A stretch of DNA of 64,000 nt from Mytilus edulis (GCF_963676685.1 NC_092354.1:49352001-49416000); one strand, 5' to 3'; counted from the stretch's first letter, positions 1-14,759 are shown. The notes: generated by a model from the letters alone, not told the origin. Numbers and translations: made by a program.

Positions 1-360
1 AAATTGATAATTATAATCGTCTCGTTTGTTACAGATTCTGGTACTGAAATGACTGTGTATTTCAAATTCGAGGTATAAGTCTAGAAATGAGGCGGAGGAA
101 GCCGTGACTGTTTTTCCTATATTTTCTATTTCTGGGGGATATATTAATGAAACCTAATCAGAAAAGTTCGGATTGTAAATGGAAAGAACGTCATCAATTT
201 ATCTGAAAGTGGGTTCTTTAGTCTTCTTGTTTTTGAAAAGTGTCTGAAGGAACTCGGATTCATATGAAAATAAGAAAAGGTCGGCAAGGAGAAGCACACA
301 GTTCATACCCATATGAATGCCGACATTTTGTTGAAAAGTCTACCTCCAAAATCAACAAAG
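1..360 (-). mobile_element. Degenerate Penelope-like element (PLE) reverse transcriptase fragment
   Basis: Minus-strand translation gives GIHMGMNCVLLLADLFLFSYESEFLQ...FR*IDDVLSI...SASFLDLYLEF...KRDDYN, matching the PLE RT motifs GIPMGTNCAP, (Y)IDD, FLDL and DKRDDF; contains stops. Confidence 0.75.
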
Positions 361-2987
361 TAGATACACTCACACTCCAAATTTTGATTTACTAAATGGA
401 TACGATGTTATACATACAAATAATGCTCTTTGTTATGATGTCTTGTCGTTTGGTGTCCTAATCTTTTATGTCTGTTTTTTTTCTTCATAAAAGCATGATT
501 AGAAGTTACTTTAAACAATGTTAATTAGCACTACATATATCAGCCTTACCTATAACATAGAACAGACACGATGTATTTTTTTGTTTCGTTTGTTTTTTGA
601 AATATTTTATAGTACATTCTAACAAAGTTCTGCCTCTCTAAATTTTATTTATCAAACAAAACAATTCAATTTTTCTTTTTTTTTAACTAGAGTTAGCAAT
701 TAATAAATGTTAATTTGCCATCATTGTCAGTGTATCTTGTGCATTCATGAATATACTATTTTTATCTTTTAAGATATCCCATAGAAATTGACAATATACA
801 TATAATTACGAATATACATATACTTACGCTTACATGTATTTGTTTGTAAATACATCTGTAAAGTATATGTCAACATAGAGAATAATTTTATAATTCGGAC
901 CATGTGACTTTAATTTTCATCTAACACGTCAAAGCGTATTCGTAACATAGTGTGATAAGACCTTTCATTACTGCTTATAATTTTTTTAGCTTTAAAAGAA
1001 TCGTTCCTTTTGTGATAAACTGTTGCATAGAGTTTATCTTGTAAAACTAAAATTGTCACAAAAATACCGTTGTTAATGTTCATATTTGTTTTACATAATA
1101 TTAGTTCCCTCGGGTTAACGTTAGCCATATAATTAGAACAACTCAACTAAAAAGACACCCTTACAGCTATGCATTTTTGTCGATAATAGACATGCTTATA
1201 TCCAAAAAGTCAGCATTTCACTAGTCCTTAGTCTATAAAAAACATCGTAATAACTTTTGAAAAAAATTAAAGATCTCACTCCATTTTGTCAACAGAACAG
1301 CTTCCGTAAAAGTGGAATTTTAAGCTACCTTCAAATCTTAATTTAACTGAACCTTTTTTTTTGGAAAAATGCCTATACCAAGTCAGGAATATCATTGTTG
1401 TTGTTCCTTTATTTCTATTTGTTTATTTTGTTAGGTTTTATGAACCTATAAGGTCATTTTTTTTAAATTTACATTGTAATTCGATTTTTGTTGATACATT
1501 TTGTTTATCTGCCAACAACACCTAATCCCTTAAACTTTAAATCCAACTCGTATACGACACATGGTAGCAACTAACGAAGATCCCGATTTTGGACAGGCGC
1601 TCAAAGTCATTGTTGTGTATTTTTTTTTAACATTTTTTTTAATATTTCATGCGTTTAAATTAAAGTATCCGTTGAGTGACTTACTAAAACAACCTTTATC
1701 GGACAATTGGTTAGGTAAATCTGGATTTTCTTTTTTGAAAAGACCAGAAAAACACTGTGCATTTTCGATGAACATCAATTCTGTCAAACCTGAATTTTGA
1801 TTAATCATTAATCTTTTTTTTTAATTGATGCAAGTGTTATTGAAACATATAGGTACAAGTAAACAAATGATTACCAAGCTGTGAAATTGCAGTAGAAAAC
1901 TACGATTGTTGCTTAATTTCCCATTCCAGCTCAAAAGATATTCATGAACCAAGACACTAGTAGCACAATTTCAGTCTGAAACGGTCATTTTGGTCTGATC
2001 ACATCTTGATTGACTGGATTTACCGCTAGAAAAAATCGTCAAGATATTTAAGATCGTCAAGTCGCCGTTCAGATCGATAGCCTCATCAGGTAAATCAGTT
2101 CGTTAAGGCATGTCAAGACGGTAAAGACTGAATCGTCTAGCGGGTTGTTTAGACCCGTTAAGACCGTGTCAGACCAAAACAGACCATGAATACAAAAGAA
2201 CATTCAAAATTTGCAGACCCTGTTTAGATCCGTTCAGTATACCGGTTTGATACCACGAGTTGCGCCCCTTCTACTCGATAATGCATTTTAGACTAATACA
2301 TGTATATATATGTATTTTATTATTAGAATTTGAAGTATATTTTGATTAATTAAAAAAAAAAGATTAAATCTTGTGTTAATTCTTTATTTCTTTTCTTGTT
2401 TTGTTGAGGAACTAATAAATTATTCGTCTATATATATATGTTGTTTATTTTTTAATAAATGTTAGTTTATATAAATATATATTGATATTTAAATGCAAGG
2501 GCGTACGTTAATTGTATACACACCAGAATGTATGCCATAAATTTAACCTTGAAATGTTGTGAACACCGGTAAAAATGTTTTTTTGTATTTGAAGATTAGT
2601 AACGGAAAATCCTAAACGTAACCTAAAAAAGTTAAGGAGATGTGGTATGATTGCCAATGAGACAATCCACAGAAATGCAGCGGAGGCAAATTAACACAGT
2701 CATGCATATTTTTGTTTTATGCATGACAGTTTCTTCAATTCGTTTTCTGTTGTTATATGTCCTAGTTTACCGTTGAAGCTGTTGCTTTTTTGGTATGTTT
2801 TTTTTTCGTGCGAGTTACTCTATTAAAGTTGGAAAAAAATATTCCCGACATTCGGAAATTCGAAAAAAGACATCCCGAAACCTGATCATATACATTTTGT
2901 ACTGCATTGAGTCTCTGTCGGGACGGTGTTAAAGTATCACCGTATAAAAATGTTCATTCAAACAATATATCCTTATAATATTTATTT

Positions 2988-3117
2988 NNNNNNNNNNNNN
3001 NNNNNNNNNNNNNNNNNNNNNNNNNNNNNNNNNNNNNNNNNNNNNNNNNNNNNNNNNNNNNNNNNNNNNNNNNNNNNNNNNNNNNNNNNNNNNNNNNNNN
3101 NNNNNNNNNNNNNNNNN
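2988..3117. other. Assembly gap (130 N)
   Basis: Run of n characters. Confidence 0.99.
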
Positions 3118-4406
3118 AATCTGTTTTAGTTAAAACGGTCGAGTTCAATGGCACGTGTTAGTAATCAACCGGGTCAACAGGTAACAAAATCAATGATCCA
3201 TAACGTAAGAAAGTACATGCCTATTATATTTTACAATTACTCTCATCATCATTCTTGATAAAAAGGTCTAAACTTTAATAAAGAATGAATGAACACGTAT
3301 TAGTGATGTCTGACCTTCAGTTTTTAATATAAATTAATGCTTATATATGTTTTTTTTTATATTGAGCAAAGTAACGAATGTGAATCTATTATACGTTAAA
3401 GGTTCTTACAATATCATATATGTCTAAACACTATACCAAAAGACCATGCAAAATATTTGAGCGCCGTATGTAAAACCATTAAAAAAACATGTACTGTTAG
3501 GAAGTTTGTTTAGTATTCAAAAGAAACGTTTCGCTTCTCTACTTATATAGTTTTAGAGAGCATTCCTTTAAATTGTGTCAGTTATATAAAGTAGTGTGTA
3601 TTTGTATTCTATTTATTTATCTAAATGTATCATTATAATATATATTTTGTATTTCACAATTATATATACTATAAGTTGTAGTGTGATTGATTGTTGTTTA
3701 AAGTCCAGTGGCAAATACTTTATGCATGTTCAGGACCAGCTGTAAGTTTATGACATGTATGGAACTCACCGGTGTAGTTTTCACGTGTTATAATAGATAA
3801 AAGAATAATTATTTTTTAAGATATCGAAACATAAAAGAGGCAAGGCGCATGGATTACCCGCACTTATCAGTTCTTTTCTCTTTTTTGTCTTAAATAATTA
3901 TTTTTTTTCGATTTTTTTTATATGTTTATATAATTTACGATAACTGTGGTGTATACGTGCTGTCAGACGAAAGATACATATGTGCCCTCTAAATATCTTT
4001 TTTATTATGGATTGTTTGCTTTCGTATTGACGTTTAACACACAACTTTAATTACTGACTGTGATGTATGTAGAAATTCAAACGTACTGGAGAATGAAGGA
4101 TGCAAATCCAAGCTTTGAATTAAAATGGTCATTAAAATTGACATACAAATAAAAGAACAAGTATAAGTGTTGAAATGACATATACAATATATCACCATGT
4201 GCATTGTCCGAGAATTTAATTTTGATTTTACTTTGGTAACTGGACAAAATTGAAGAGAGGCAGCCCAATCTTTTCTCCTTTTTGTTACGAGTACAAATAG
4301 ATTGTATTTGCTTTATAGACATCGAATAGAATTCAGGGCATAACATTACGGAATATGATCTTCAAAATATACAATTTAATAACAATAACATGTAACAAAT
4401 ACATTG

Positions 4407-4410
<4 letters not shown>

Positions 4411-4443
<33 letters not shown>

Positions 4444-5010
4444 GAGTCTAAATTGAAAACTACGTTCAAACCTATGACTGCGTTGGATAAAAACCGCAAT
4501 TTTTATACGTGTGCATGTCAAACAAATTTCGTTGTAGAAGGGTCTAAAAACAGCACAAACAACATTTTCCAAAAGACCAAAAGCGTGAAAAAGTATAATT
4601 AAACACAACGCATTTGACTAACAGGTCGAACAACTGATGTTCTTTAACCCTGCTGACTGCCATTGACGATTGCCAAATAAAATTGATCACAAGATGTTAA
4701 TATAAATTTAATACGTCACAGAAAGAAAAAATTTTTTGTTAACTTGTGGACAGGATGTTGTGCCACAAACATTCGGTGTCAATATTTCTTTAGTACACCA
4801 TATCCGGATTTCGACAATAAATGTCTCTTCAGTGATGTTAGGGATCGAAACGGTATTTGGAAGGCCATATAAAAAGTACCCTCATTTTTTAGAGAAAGTA
4901 CCCTCATTTTAAGATTAACTCTTGAATTTTAAGAGTCAATATATAGGATGAACGGATCATATAAACCGGAGGGAAAATATGATACATGCCCAAACAAAAA
5001 ATATATATAT
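4411..5010 (-). mobile_element. ~545-bp hammerhead-ribozyme-containing repeat (retrozyme/PLE-like) next to a (TA)n tract
   Basis: Homologous along its length to 43697-44280; begins after (TA)n at 4411-4442; carries a hammerhead at 4795-4838. Confidence 0.7.
4795..4838 (-). ncRNA. Type I minimal hammerhead ribozyme, core intact
   Basis: Minus strand reads ACAUCA CUGAAGA GACA-uuuau-UGUC GAAA UCCGGA UA UGGUGU: stem I ACAUCA/UGGUGU, CUGANGA and GAAA core, palindromic stem III, AUA cleavage triplet. Confidence 0.8.
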
Positions 5011-6159
5011 AAAGTAATTTTTTGATCATCAGTGCAAGCAGTAGCGTTTGTTTGATTTTAAAACACGAATCGATCTATACTATTTAAAATTACAATACGC
5101 AAGCTGAAACCGTACCAAGTGATTATTATTTTTGCACACGACATCTAGGCTGTCGTCCCACCTCTAACAGTAGACGGTTCTCTTGGTGGGGATATTGTGC
5201 ATTCAACCGTGGATATGATAAAATATCTGTAATAAACAAAATTGTAATGTTTTGATTGTGTAATGTCTTAATTTTTAAGGTTACGCGGGTTCGGTATTAA
5301 GGGGGACAATTGGTATGAACACATTTCGATATACGTGTAAATTATATTAAAAGAAGCTTTCAAACGCAGTTATTTACGAGGATATTTAAAGATACAAATA
5401 AAAAAATCTTTTTATGTTTTTGAATTAGGCTTTTAATTTCCATTCCTAATTATATATCATTGTAGAAAAAATTTATTTTATACATTTAAAGTACATGTAA
5501 TTCTTTATGCTTGCTAGTCCATGAATAAAATTGCATAAATCACAAAAACACACTCGGGAATATGTACACATGACAGTTGTAAGTAACAGCTATATAACTA
5601 TACAAGAGAAGATGTGGTATGATTGCGAATGAGACAACTGTCCACAAGAGACCAAAATTACTAGTACACAGACATTAACAACTATATGTCACCGTACGGC
5701 CGTCAACAATGAGCAAAGCACATACCGCATAGTCAGCTATAAAATGCATTTCAAAGATACTATAATTAGAACAAAAGGTTAACGTACTTACAAAATATGT
5801 CATCTTAAAGAATGTGATTTCACAAATAAATTATTTTCAAATTCGCAGTCCAAGTCAACCTAAAATCGGTTACACACATTTTTAATGTTATAAATCCATT
5901 CCAACAATATCATTTTAAACACACACTAGCTTGCCTTTTCATTAATTTGAATAATACAAATTCAGCTAAATTTTGTTTATTCCCATCAACAGAGAAATCT
6001 CACACTCATCCCAGACGTTAATAATACTCATGCACTTCAATTTTGATAAACAATTTATTGATACGGATGACAACGCTTTAACATACGGTTACATTAGGGT
6101 TAAAAAAAATGTGAACTTGTTTTTAATTGAATCCAAAGACAGATTAAACGGTAGCTTTA

Positions 6160-6419
6160 GGCAGCAACCATTTGATTTTCTGGGGTTGGAAGGGGGGGGG
6201 CTATGTTTTTTTTTTGGAAAAAAAGTTTGTTTCCAGTTTTGGAGAAAAAATAATTTGTTTTTGATCCTGAGAAAAAAATGTTTGTTTCACCCTCAGCTGA
6301 CACTCTATGTAATGCTAATATTGAAAGAAACAAAATTTGTCGCCAAAAAAATGTTTGTCTGGGAAAAAAATCCATAGCCACCCCCCCCCCCCCCCTAAGA
6401 AAATCAACTGGTTGCTGCC
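6160..6419. mobile_element. MITE with TTA TSD (PIF/Harbinger-like)
   Basis: tta|GGCAGCAACCATTTGATTTTC...GAAAATCAACTGGTTGCTGCC|tta, with internal poly-G/poly-C arms. Confidence 0.75.
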
Positions 6420-9400
6420 TTAATAGTGAAATGAACTATTTTTTTGAAGACTCGCCTAAATGTATGTTGCATAGATGTATTTGACCCCAACAATTTTATG
6501 TAGATCATGCTGTAAATTATATTTATAAAACCATTTATTTGTAAATACCGCATAAATCAGTCTGTTCACTGTTTGAATATAGAAACTTGTTGATTTTATA
6601 ATATTGAGAGATATCCGAGATTTTGTAATATGGTGTGATAAACAAGTAATTGAAGATGAATATCATTTTATTTTAGTATGTGAAAAGTATAATGAACTTC
6701 AAAAGAAATTTATCAAACCATATTAATGGAGAAAACCGTCGAATCTTAAACTTTTATATACGATCAATGCATTTGAATGGGGGCATATATATACAGTTGG
6801 AACTCGCCCCTTTTTTTATGCTCGGTTGAGACCCCCTTTTAAAGTGGTTGGGTTCTCACCAGTATCTGTTCATAATGTAAAGGAACTTACCAATTAAAGG
6901 GAAGTTTTTATTTCTGACTGAGAAGGTACGAAATTAAATTCATTCATTAATGCTAAAAATCCATTTGATCCTATTCTGCTGTACTGTTATAATGGTATAC
7001 CTACGTATATGATTATTTGACTAATTGTTTAAATGTAAATATATTTCACTGATGTAATTGAATATTTGTAATAATTATTTTCTGTAAGTTGTATTGCTTA
7101 CGAATAAAAGATTATATTATTAATAAAATAAATATTATAACTTTTCTTTTTTGATTGGATGACCATGCAGTGGTGTTGCAACGTATTAGTTTGTGGTGCG
7201 TTGGTTAGGTATTTGGTAAACGTGATTGCAGTTTTGTCTGATAGAGTACTAATCTCCTGCTTTCGAATACCATGACTTATAATAGTGTGGTTTTGGTCTT
7301 TCACGCTGTCAGACCTTTTGTGTAGACACCTGTTTCTTGTTGAAGACTAAACATGCGCTCTTGATTCATTTATGATTTTTTGTCGTTTGGTTGCTGTCAA
7401 ATTGAAATATATCCCACATCTCCTATAGTATGTGTTCCGTTTGATTAAAAAAGGTAATTATAAAGAGATAGATTATTTAAATTCCAACGATCACAAATCT
7501 AATCTAAATCCGATTTCAATTATTTCGTAAAAAACGTTTTTTGACAGATATTACCTTTATCTGATTATCATAATATTCCCAGTTTAAGGAAAAGAAAAGA
7601 CATTTTTTCTATATATTTTTTTACAAAGTTGCTAATGGTTTCATTATGCCGTAATTTGCTAGGTCAGTGTCGGATTCCGGGCGACATAGCGTACACTTTC
7701 CTTTTAATTTTGAGCGTTATTAATATCGTAATGTTTGTATCCTTGCTATCCTTGCTAAATATTCTACTGTATATCACAGCTAGTGAATAAGTCTAAATGT
7801 CCGTACAGTGTATAGTAAGATCTTATTTCCACACATGGACATTTCATTAGTATAGAAAGTTCGCTATAGTGTTCCATCATGGTCTTAGTGCAGTTTCGAG
7901 AGCTTATAGTGCACCGAGGCGGCCTAGGTTATTTTTAGACGCACCGTAAAGTCCCAGTCACACCATTGCAACAACGTCCTGTTTTGATAAATTTGTTAAA
8001 ATGCTGGGACCATGATACTAATAGTATAATATTTCCCTTTTAAATAGTAATTGTTATGAATGATAATATTTTATATGTATGCTGTCTTAGTTTTTAAATA
8101 GTTATTTGGTTAATATGGTGTCTCGTAAGTCATTTTTGGACAGGATATTTTTGTTTTATAGTGTATGTAAATTCTGCACGAATAATTTTTATCGCTATCA
8201 TTATAAAAAACTAGACTATGTAAACCGTATGAGATCGCACACAAGACAGCTGATTGGATAAATGGGATGAATTGTTACGTCTACATAAAACTGATATCCA
8301 ATCGAATGCCAGCAGACACCTGTCAGTAAAAACAAATTGTAAGCGTGGATGGTAAGAGATTTATTTGTGTATTCGATATTTGAAAAATAAGTTACATAGT
8401 CACTATTCGTTTTCCCTTTTTTTCAGCCGGATTTCAATAACTGTTTTTACACTTTCTTAATTAACCGAAAGGTATTTAAATAGAAGCGCACCACATGTAA
8501 CAGAGATTTACAAGCATTTAATATAGCGACTTGTGTTTTCCGGAACGTCCTATTTTCAATAATTCACAGACTTTTGCAATAATATTAAACCTTTATTTTT
8601 TACCTTCAAAAACTGCTCAAACTTTTATTCTCAGACTAGACAGCATGAAAGACATAAACACTTTTATAAGTCAGTGTACACACGGTGTTTTCCAAACTTG
8701 GTAATTTCTTCGCCCAGGGATATGAATTTGACATTAAAAGTCCCTCAAAGCTTTACAATACCCGGTCGTGTCATTTCCATATATTGTAGATGGAACGAGT
8801 AATATACATACACCAGACATACATGTTCCAATACAGGTAAATTTTACCTTTTTGGAGGACTCCTAAGTGGGGATGCGTTGCATGTGTGCTAATCTAAAAA
8901 AAAAATCCAATCTTTTATTTTTCTAAACTGCGTTACATGCAAATGCGAAATAATTAGTGTTGTTTGTTCAGTCCAATTTATTTATAAATATTAATTTATT
9001 CTTTTGAATAAAAAAAACTACGCATGTAAACTTCAATGAATACAATAGTATTTAATACTAGTAGCCTAAATGTAAAACGATTGCAGCAAGTTTTGAGGTT
9101 GAAGCGGCTCGATCAAAACGTGAATAGATGAGAAATTGTCATCATTCTTCTAATTAATTACAAAGTATTTTGTGAGAACAAATACTTATATTTTAGTGAT
9201 GGTGATTCATTGTTGTTTGCCTCAGTCACCTCCAGTGGCAAATATTTCATTCGTGTTCATAACGAGAACACAAGTTTTAAATATAATAGGAAGAACTTCA
9301 AATAGTCGTTCGACAATAAGATTAAAAGTAAACTTGAAATACCACTGGATAATGAGAGAAAATTTAATACGGATAGAAATTTAGCCTTGCAACAGCTCGC

Positions 9401-11600
9401 TACAGTGGGATCACTAACATACTTGAGGAAGAGTTTTCAATTTGCAGAGAGCGATGGTCCTCTCAATCTACTCTGATGTCGGCCATCTCTATTCATACGT
9501 GTAGATACCAACATCACATAACGGCATCTAATTTAGATAAGATCATGACTTTAAAATCGCATTAGTAACGGTGATAATTCTGTTAAACTGTATTGTTTAT
9601 TATGCTCGAGTTTTTGGTATGACTATGCGACCTCTCTCTTGGTTGGTCTCATGAGAATAAGTTCACCTCGACAGCGAGAGGACTTTAGTCCGAATCCCAA
9701 ACGGGTCTAACAAAAGTTTTTTCCTTTCTTTCGAACTGTTATTTTGTGAACTTACACGTTAAAAATCCATCTCAGTGTGTCGGTCTAGTACAAAGCAGGC
9801 TTAATTTTCATATTATATTTCCAAATTATAGTTTTGTCCTAAATCTACTGATTTACATCACACCTGCTATAATTTTCAACGATCGAAATAAAAAAAATGG
9901 TACGTGAAATACTTCTACGGAACACTTGCATTTTTGTCTAAAAAAAATCACTGCTCCCGTATTATTTAGTCTTGTTGCGGTTTAGGCTTTTTATTCTGTA
10001 TAGGTTTCTTTCTATTACAAAAATCTGTGTGTTGACTCTTAATGTTTTGATTGATATGTGTCGTTGGGTTGATGTCGTATTAATGTATACCTTTAAAATT
10101 GTTTTCAAAACCAAATGATTGATTGGGTATAGAAATATTCACATCTCTTGACTTACCCCGTTCGACAGTATATCTTTGCTAAAATTGGGTGCGGACGTTT
10201 GGTTGTTCGGTTGTATAAATAAGCAGCCGCATTTGGTCGAGAAAAAAAATAGTCTATGCATGGTGTAGTGAGAGTTTCGCGCTATCTATACGTTAAAAAA
10301 AAATGAATAAATCGTTGAAGGCATATACAAACTTCGATTGAAATTTCTAAAAATGAAAAAGGTCACCTGAATCTCCAAGTAAGCAAGTCGCATGGTTGAA
10401 TTTAACACTTTAGAAGAAACGAAACGGCCAAAATAAGTTTAGTCATTTTATAAATTGTTGCCAACTTTTTCGTCCGTTTTTGCTTTTATGACAACTTTAC
10501 CAGATATATATATATAAAGATTTGACAGTAATTGTTTCACCAAAACGAGCTCAACTACATGTCGTTGTTTTACGCTTCAACATTATAAATGCATATGTAT
10601 GTATACAATGGAGACTGTTTTATGTTCTACTGCCCTTGTCCTAGATTGGCTGTATACAATCTAACCCCTGACATGGACTACTGTATTAAATGTTTACAAA
10701 CAAATAAATGCAAAGAGAAAGATTCGGAAAGAAATTCTAAAATTTACGCTAAAAAATAAAATGCACAAAAATGGAAACAGTTTTAGACAATTATCATTTG
10801 AGAACTATATATAATTAGCATGCATCACTAAATTAAACTGATAAATTGATTGCTCCCTTAAGGTCCAGTGGCAAATATATCACGCATATTCATGACGAGA
10901 TGCGAAATGGATCGACCTGAAGCAAATGATTGATACATCACCAAGACAGAGAGTTCGCTGAGGTAAAACGTATGCCGTACTAGAATGCTGTATGGATTTT
11001 GCTCATTGTTAAAGGCCGTACAGTGACCTTTGAACGACTTTAACCCCCCCCCCCCCCCCTGCAGAGCTATACAAAAACAGTACATTAACGGGTGTTACAC
11101 AGACTCTTTTTCGATGATACACAGACTCTTCCTAGTTGTTACACGGACATTTTTTATGAATAGAATCACTCGTGCATGATCAGTGAGTTCATGGGCACTT
11201 TAATTTTCAATTAGATTTGAACTTTTTGGTTCACCGAGCTATTTCCTGTCTTTTTATTGGATAAAATATTTACGTTAGCATCAATATCTATTTTACGAAA
11301 CATTTCCAGTAAAATACTATTCATATCAGTACACTAAGGGATTAGACATTTAACTTCAAGGGGGGGGGGGGGGGGAGGGGAGGGTATAATAAATCAAATT
11401 GTCATCACTGTTGGGTTTCTCGTCTGAATATTTTACATTAACTGTGTCAGATGCCTCATTACAGGCTGAACCTTTTATAGGGTGCTCATTATAAAGTTTT
11501 AGTTTTTGGTCATTGTTGACCTATTATATAGTGACTAACAAGTAAATCACTTGGTCTACATGGTTTAAATGGTCGATAGTCGTCTCACCATATCTCCTTA

Positions 11601-11694
11601 GGCCAAAATAAAAAATTGTTTGTTTTCCCTCCCCACACCCAGGTCAAAAATAAGCCCCCTGGGATGGGAAACAGACATTCTTTTAAATGTGGCC
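11601..11694. mobile_element. Short MITE with TTA TSD
   Basis: tta|GGCCAAAATAAAAAATTGTTTGTTT...AAACAGACATTCTTTTAAATGTGGCC|tta, imperfect TIRs. Confidence 0.55.
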
Positions 11695-14600
11695 TTATTC
11701 ATGATCTTTTTATTGAAATTCTGTAATAAGAAGATTTTACTAGTTTATAAGTATCACATACACTTTACATTATCAATAATCCATTAAAATGAAGTCCAGT
11801 CAAAATAACCATGCCAGACAGATATATGGTGTCATTGTCAGATGAGATAAGCCATTCAAAAATGTCAAACATGTACAACTTACATTTATTCCATAATTAT
11901 GCCAAAAGTAGTGATCCTATACATGTACAATGAAGCTTATAGCTTATGAGAAACATTGATGACCTTCGGCTATTGTCTGCTCTGTAGTCGGGTTGTTGTC
12001 TTTTTGGCACATTCCCCATTCCCAGTGTCAATTTTATTAGGAAGTATAAACTGAGAAACAAACCTAACCATGTTAACATTGTATTAAACTGAAATAACCT
12101 TAATCACTTAGATTAACCATGAAGGTCAAGGTCAGGTCAACCCAACCTGATAGACAAGTAGATCTTTCAAGATACTCATATACAATAAAATGTATCCAAT
12201 TACATATATAAAATATACAATATAAGAGAGCATTTCATTGATTAAGTAACAGTATATTTTACATGCAATCATTGAACCATGAAAATGGGGTCAGGTGCAA
12301 TGTACATATAATGGCAAACTGAAACATCATAACATATTAATTAGCTACTAGCATATGAATACAAGACAAGAAACATCCAGCTCTTTTAGCTTTTAAAATG
12401 TAAAGCTCTATAAAATAGCTTACATCATCACCCCAAGACTGTAATACAAATTTCTTGTATACAACTAACTTTCATGACTTTTGTGTAAGGCGAGACAAAA
12501 TAAACGGACAATGTCATGACAATAAACGGAAAACGATAAAAGACAGAGTTATATATATTTTTTTCCCTGCCTCAAAGTTACTCAAATGCAATTTATATAG
12601 GTAACATAAAAAGATAAATGATAATGCATTCATTTACAATATTTAAAAATAGTTACATCTTAAATTTAATTTAACATATTAAGATCACGTTTTCAAGTGT
12701 TCACGGCCGACATCCGTTATTATAAAATAAGGGTGTAAAAAAGAATGACAAATTCTTAACCACGTACGGCAGTCTGTAATTGCATATAAAACGTATTGCA
12801 ATCACTTGTAAACCATTAAATATAAAGGTTCAGGTGCTTATATTCAATAAATAAATATTATTTCGGCAATCTGTTGTTTTTTTTTAGTCAATTCGCGGCG
12901 ATTTGTTCAGCAGTATGACTTTGAGCTACTTTTTTTTATTTATATAATTATAAAACAATGTTAAATAATTAAATAGGAAGAAGTTAGAATTCAAATTGAA
13001 TATTTGTTTTATTTAAATAACATGATTAAGGGGACGTGGTAGACTTTCAGTTTCAGCTTCTTTCACAGTTTTATTTTATTCTTGAAAGGGGAGCAACCCC
13101 TGATAAATAATGGGAAAGTTTCACTCGTTTTGTGTCCAAATTATTAAAATCTGAACACGACTGGACACGGTCTGACAACATCTTGACGTCAGTTTGTATC
13201 CATAGTCTGTTTTGGTCTGACACGGTCTTAACGGATTCAAACAGCTCGCTAGAAGATACAGTCTTAAATATCTTGACATGCCTTAACGGACTAATTTACC
13301 TAATGAGACTATCGATCCGAATGGAGACTTAACGATCTGACAAATCTTGACGTTTTCCTCTAGCGGTAATTCCAGTCAATTAAGATACGATCAGACCAAA
13401 ATGACCGTTTCAGACTGAAATCGTGCTACTAGTGAGAATATCCTGTGTTAAGTAACTTACAATTAGTTTTTTTTCTAGCAGTTCATATGTGATATACGAA
13501 TAATGCCAACAATGACGTCTATTTCATTAAGACACACCATATCTTTACATTGAAACAGGTTCATAATTGTGTCAAGTTAACAGTACCGATATCATTATTT
13601 ACCTATATTATGCCTGTTTTGTTTTGTTTACACATTTTTGTCAGTATAATAGAATAATATGTGACTGTCATACAAGTGAGGCGTTAAGCAAGCTATCATA
13701 CTACATAAGGAAATGCCTGTACTTAGTAAAGAATAAGACATATTTATGCATTCTTTTGATGTATTTCAGCTTTTAATTTTGCCTTGTGATTAGGGACCTC
13801 CGTTTTGAATTTGAATTTTCTTTTGAAACAGTTGTGACGTAGTTCCATTTGAGTGAATTTTGTTAAACACTACAAATTATACCCATTTAACAAAGTAAAA
13901 CATTATCCGTCTAAATACAAGTGTAAACGTAAAAAGTAAACGCTTGGGAATCTGGCTTGACTGTTTGACATTTAAATAGTTAATGAATTCGATGTTTTAA
14001 GTGATACCAATTTGTTCATTTTTTGACTTTTGATTTGAGTTCTTAAACTGAGTCGTACTGATGATTTATGATATTTGAACTCTCAAATGATGCTCTTATT
14101 AAAACGTTTGAATAACAAAACAACCCTAAGTTGAAAATAAGAAAAAGCCCTGAAGTTCCGAAATGCTACTGGGCTTGTCTGGAACCAGAAGTGGTTCAAT
14201 CAAATATTGGTAAAACTTTATCAAAGATAACAGGTGTATAATTTGGTCTACGTAAACATTATATGAGGCACTCAAATCATAACAGTAAGAAGGCCAAGTG
14301 AAATACAAATTCTGTTACCTAAAAGTCATTATATTTTAACAGCTCTTGTATTTAAAAAAAAACACAGACAATGTGAAATTCTCATTTTTATACAGCATAA
14401 AACAGTGTTCAATTTCCTCCGGTCAGGTAATGGGATTTTTTTTTACCAAAATGATTAATTGCTACATTCCCATACAGTGGATAATAGGTGATTAAATTAA
14501 CTGAACTCTTAAACCAAAAATTCAATATAAATCAGCTGATTTGATATAGACTTATTTTAGTAACCTTTAGCCCGGACTTGAAATATTATACATATGACAG

Positions 14601-14759
14601 CATTACTAAAATTTGATTGATCAAATTCCTTTGTAGAGTATATAGTTGCTATATCCTATTCAAATGATAAATTATCAAAAAATGAAGGACACTTGACACA
14701 ATTTGACTTATTATGTTACTTGAATGTAAAACAGGGAAATAGGACATAGTATATACAAA

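Larger units (their letters stand above)
1955..13434. mobile_element. CACTA/EnSpm (CMC)-type DNA transposon, apparently non-autonomous, with ~280-bp imperfect TIRs and 3-bp TSD AGA
   Basis: Starts CACTAGTAGCAC at 1955 and ends GTGCTACTAGTG at 13434. 1955-~2238 is the reverse complement of ~13151-13434. AGA flanks both ends (1952-1954, 13435-13437). No transposase ORF seen. Spans an N gap. Confidence 0.75.

Noticed and set aside
5973-6484. Three overlapping ORFs (134, 74 and 68 aa)
   Set aside because: They span a TTA-TSD MITE with poly-G/C and poly-A/T tracts; low-complexity artefacts.
8575-8850. Possible captured exon(s) inside the CACTA element
   Set aside because: The frames I translated contain stops and no recognisable domain; cargo cannot be supported by eye.
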